Shown here: one piece after another, positions 62,822-64,000 of the stretch
Layout: each line of letters begins with the position of its first letter
Numbering within the stretch: position 1 is the stretch's first letter
Assembly (NCBI GenBank): GCA_964234715.1
Contig: OZ174276.1
Reading direction: 5' to 3' (one strand)
Length of the DNA: 64,000 nucleotides
DNA from: Podarcis melisellensis
Lineage: Eukaryota
Position numbers and translations under genes: made by a program
The notes under the pieces: model-generated
Told to the model about the DNA's origin: nothing
The model's input: only the letters and a program-made list of their open reading frames with translations
The model's database searches: none

Positions 62822-63728
62822 AGTGCAGCGGCGCAGCTAGCCGCTCAGGGGCCCGGGGCGGCGCGCGCGTCCTGCAGCCAGGGGCAAGTGCCATGGGGGC
62901 GAGCCATGGCAGGGCGCGCTGCGTGGAGCCTTGCTGCAGCCTCCCCCTCAGCTGTAGGGAGGCTGAGGCGGTGGGCAGAGGCCAGAGCGGAGCTTGCGGG
63001 CAGTTCGCCCGCAGACGCATGGCTCAGGCACGCTGCAGGCGCCGAGGTGTGGCGCCCAGTGCCCCCCGCCTCGCCTAGCTACCAGTGGCATAGGAAGGGG
63101 TCTGCGGTGGGTGCGGGGCTGAAAGGACATGCAAGGCTCCATGCTGCTGCCCGGACATGCCGGCCTCCTCCTCGTCCGCTGTCTCGCGCTCCTCCCTTTT
63201 GCGCGCGCTGCCCCGCCGCCGCCCCATTGGCCGGGTCCTGTCAGCTGATCCTGTGTTATTTCCTGTGTGTGTGTGTGAGGGGAGAATGGAGAGAGAAACC
63301 TCGGCACCGCCACCGCGGAGCCGCCCCCGGCTCGACGCGGATCCTCGCCGCCGCCGCCCCGCCTCTCGCCCGCCTCCCTCCCACGGCACACCAGGCAAGG
63401 TCTCGCGGCACACTAGTGTGCCGCGGAACACCGGTTGGGAAACACTGGATTAAATAGTTCTGTCACAGACCACTTTTAACTGTTTCCCCTTAGTGCAGCC
63501 CGCTCTACCATTACAGTAGCAACATCCTAAGTGCAGACCTTACTGAGCGTGAAACAGTCTGCTTCAGGAGGCAGTGGGCTTTTCACCACTGGAAGCCTAT
63601 AAGCAGAGTTTCCCATCCCTCAGGTGAAATGCGACTTAGCATCAAGTGGGGAATGTGCTTACTGAATGAGATCTGATTGTGCAACAAGATTTTCACCTCC
63701 TCTCCTCTCTCTGCACACGCCCTAAACT

Positions 63729-63818
63729 CATAGCTGTCAACTTTTCCCTTTTCTTGTGAGGAATCCTATTTGGAATAAGGGAAATGCCCTTTAAAAAGGG
63801 AAAACATTGACAGCTATG
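63729..63818. mobile_element. Small hAT MITE
   Basis: TIR CATAGCTGTCAA; TSD cctaaact/cctaaacc. Confidence 0.82.
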
Positions 63819-64000
63819 CCTAAACCTGCCCTGGGGTGTTCTTCAAATCCACAAGAACAGATTTAGGAGGCATAGGGAGGAGGAATGGGGGGAAGACATG
63901 TTGCACAAGAAGACCTTGTACCAGAGCATGCAACAACTTAGTTGAACGCTGCCCAAAGCAACAAGCCCAAATTTATGGCAAGCTTTGAGAACAATGACAG

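Larger units (their letters stand above)
62076..63447. mobile_element. Non-autonomous hAT element (1372 bp) with captured host sequence
   Basis: 15-bp perfect TIR CAGTGTTTCCCAACC; 8-bp TSD GATTAAAT on both sides; subterminal GGCACAC repeats. Confidence 0.93.

Noticed and set aside
62600-63457. 285-aa + strand ORF
   Set aside because: Lies in GC-rich transposon cargo and runs through the TIR; the recognisable homology is on the opposite strand.

Overview
Vertebrate genomic DNA from a squamate, most likely a lacertid lizard (Sauria SINE with ACCTTT tail, tRNA/CR1 SINEs, many hAT MITEs). The window holds two convergent genes in the arrangement known from mammals. UNC5A (netrin receptor, + strand) has 15 coding exons at 24896-40872; its signal-peptide exon 1 was not found and probably lies upstream of the window, so 1-24895 is mostly intron 1. 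HK3 (hexokinase 3, - strand) has 17 coding exons at 60744-42275, about 1046 aa if the long first exon is used. Most notable: (1) a 1.37-kb non-autonomous hAT transposon upstream of HK3, with perfect TIRs and TSD, carrying a transglutaminase exon fragment with its splice donor plus other GC-rich pieces (Pack-type capture); (2) a 156-aa Ser-rich, PKA-motif-bearing N-terminal extension in frame with the canonical 163-nt HK exon; (3) an HK3 N-half that keeps sugar-contact residues but has lost phosphate/nucleotide-site residues; (4) a CpG-island candidate alternative first exon of UNC5A lacking a signal peptide; (5) a GC-AG intron, candidate cassette exons, nested MITEs and SINEs with different tRNA heads on a shared tail. 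All coordinates and alignments were made by eye; no database searches were run.
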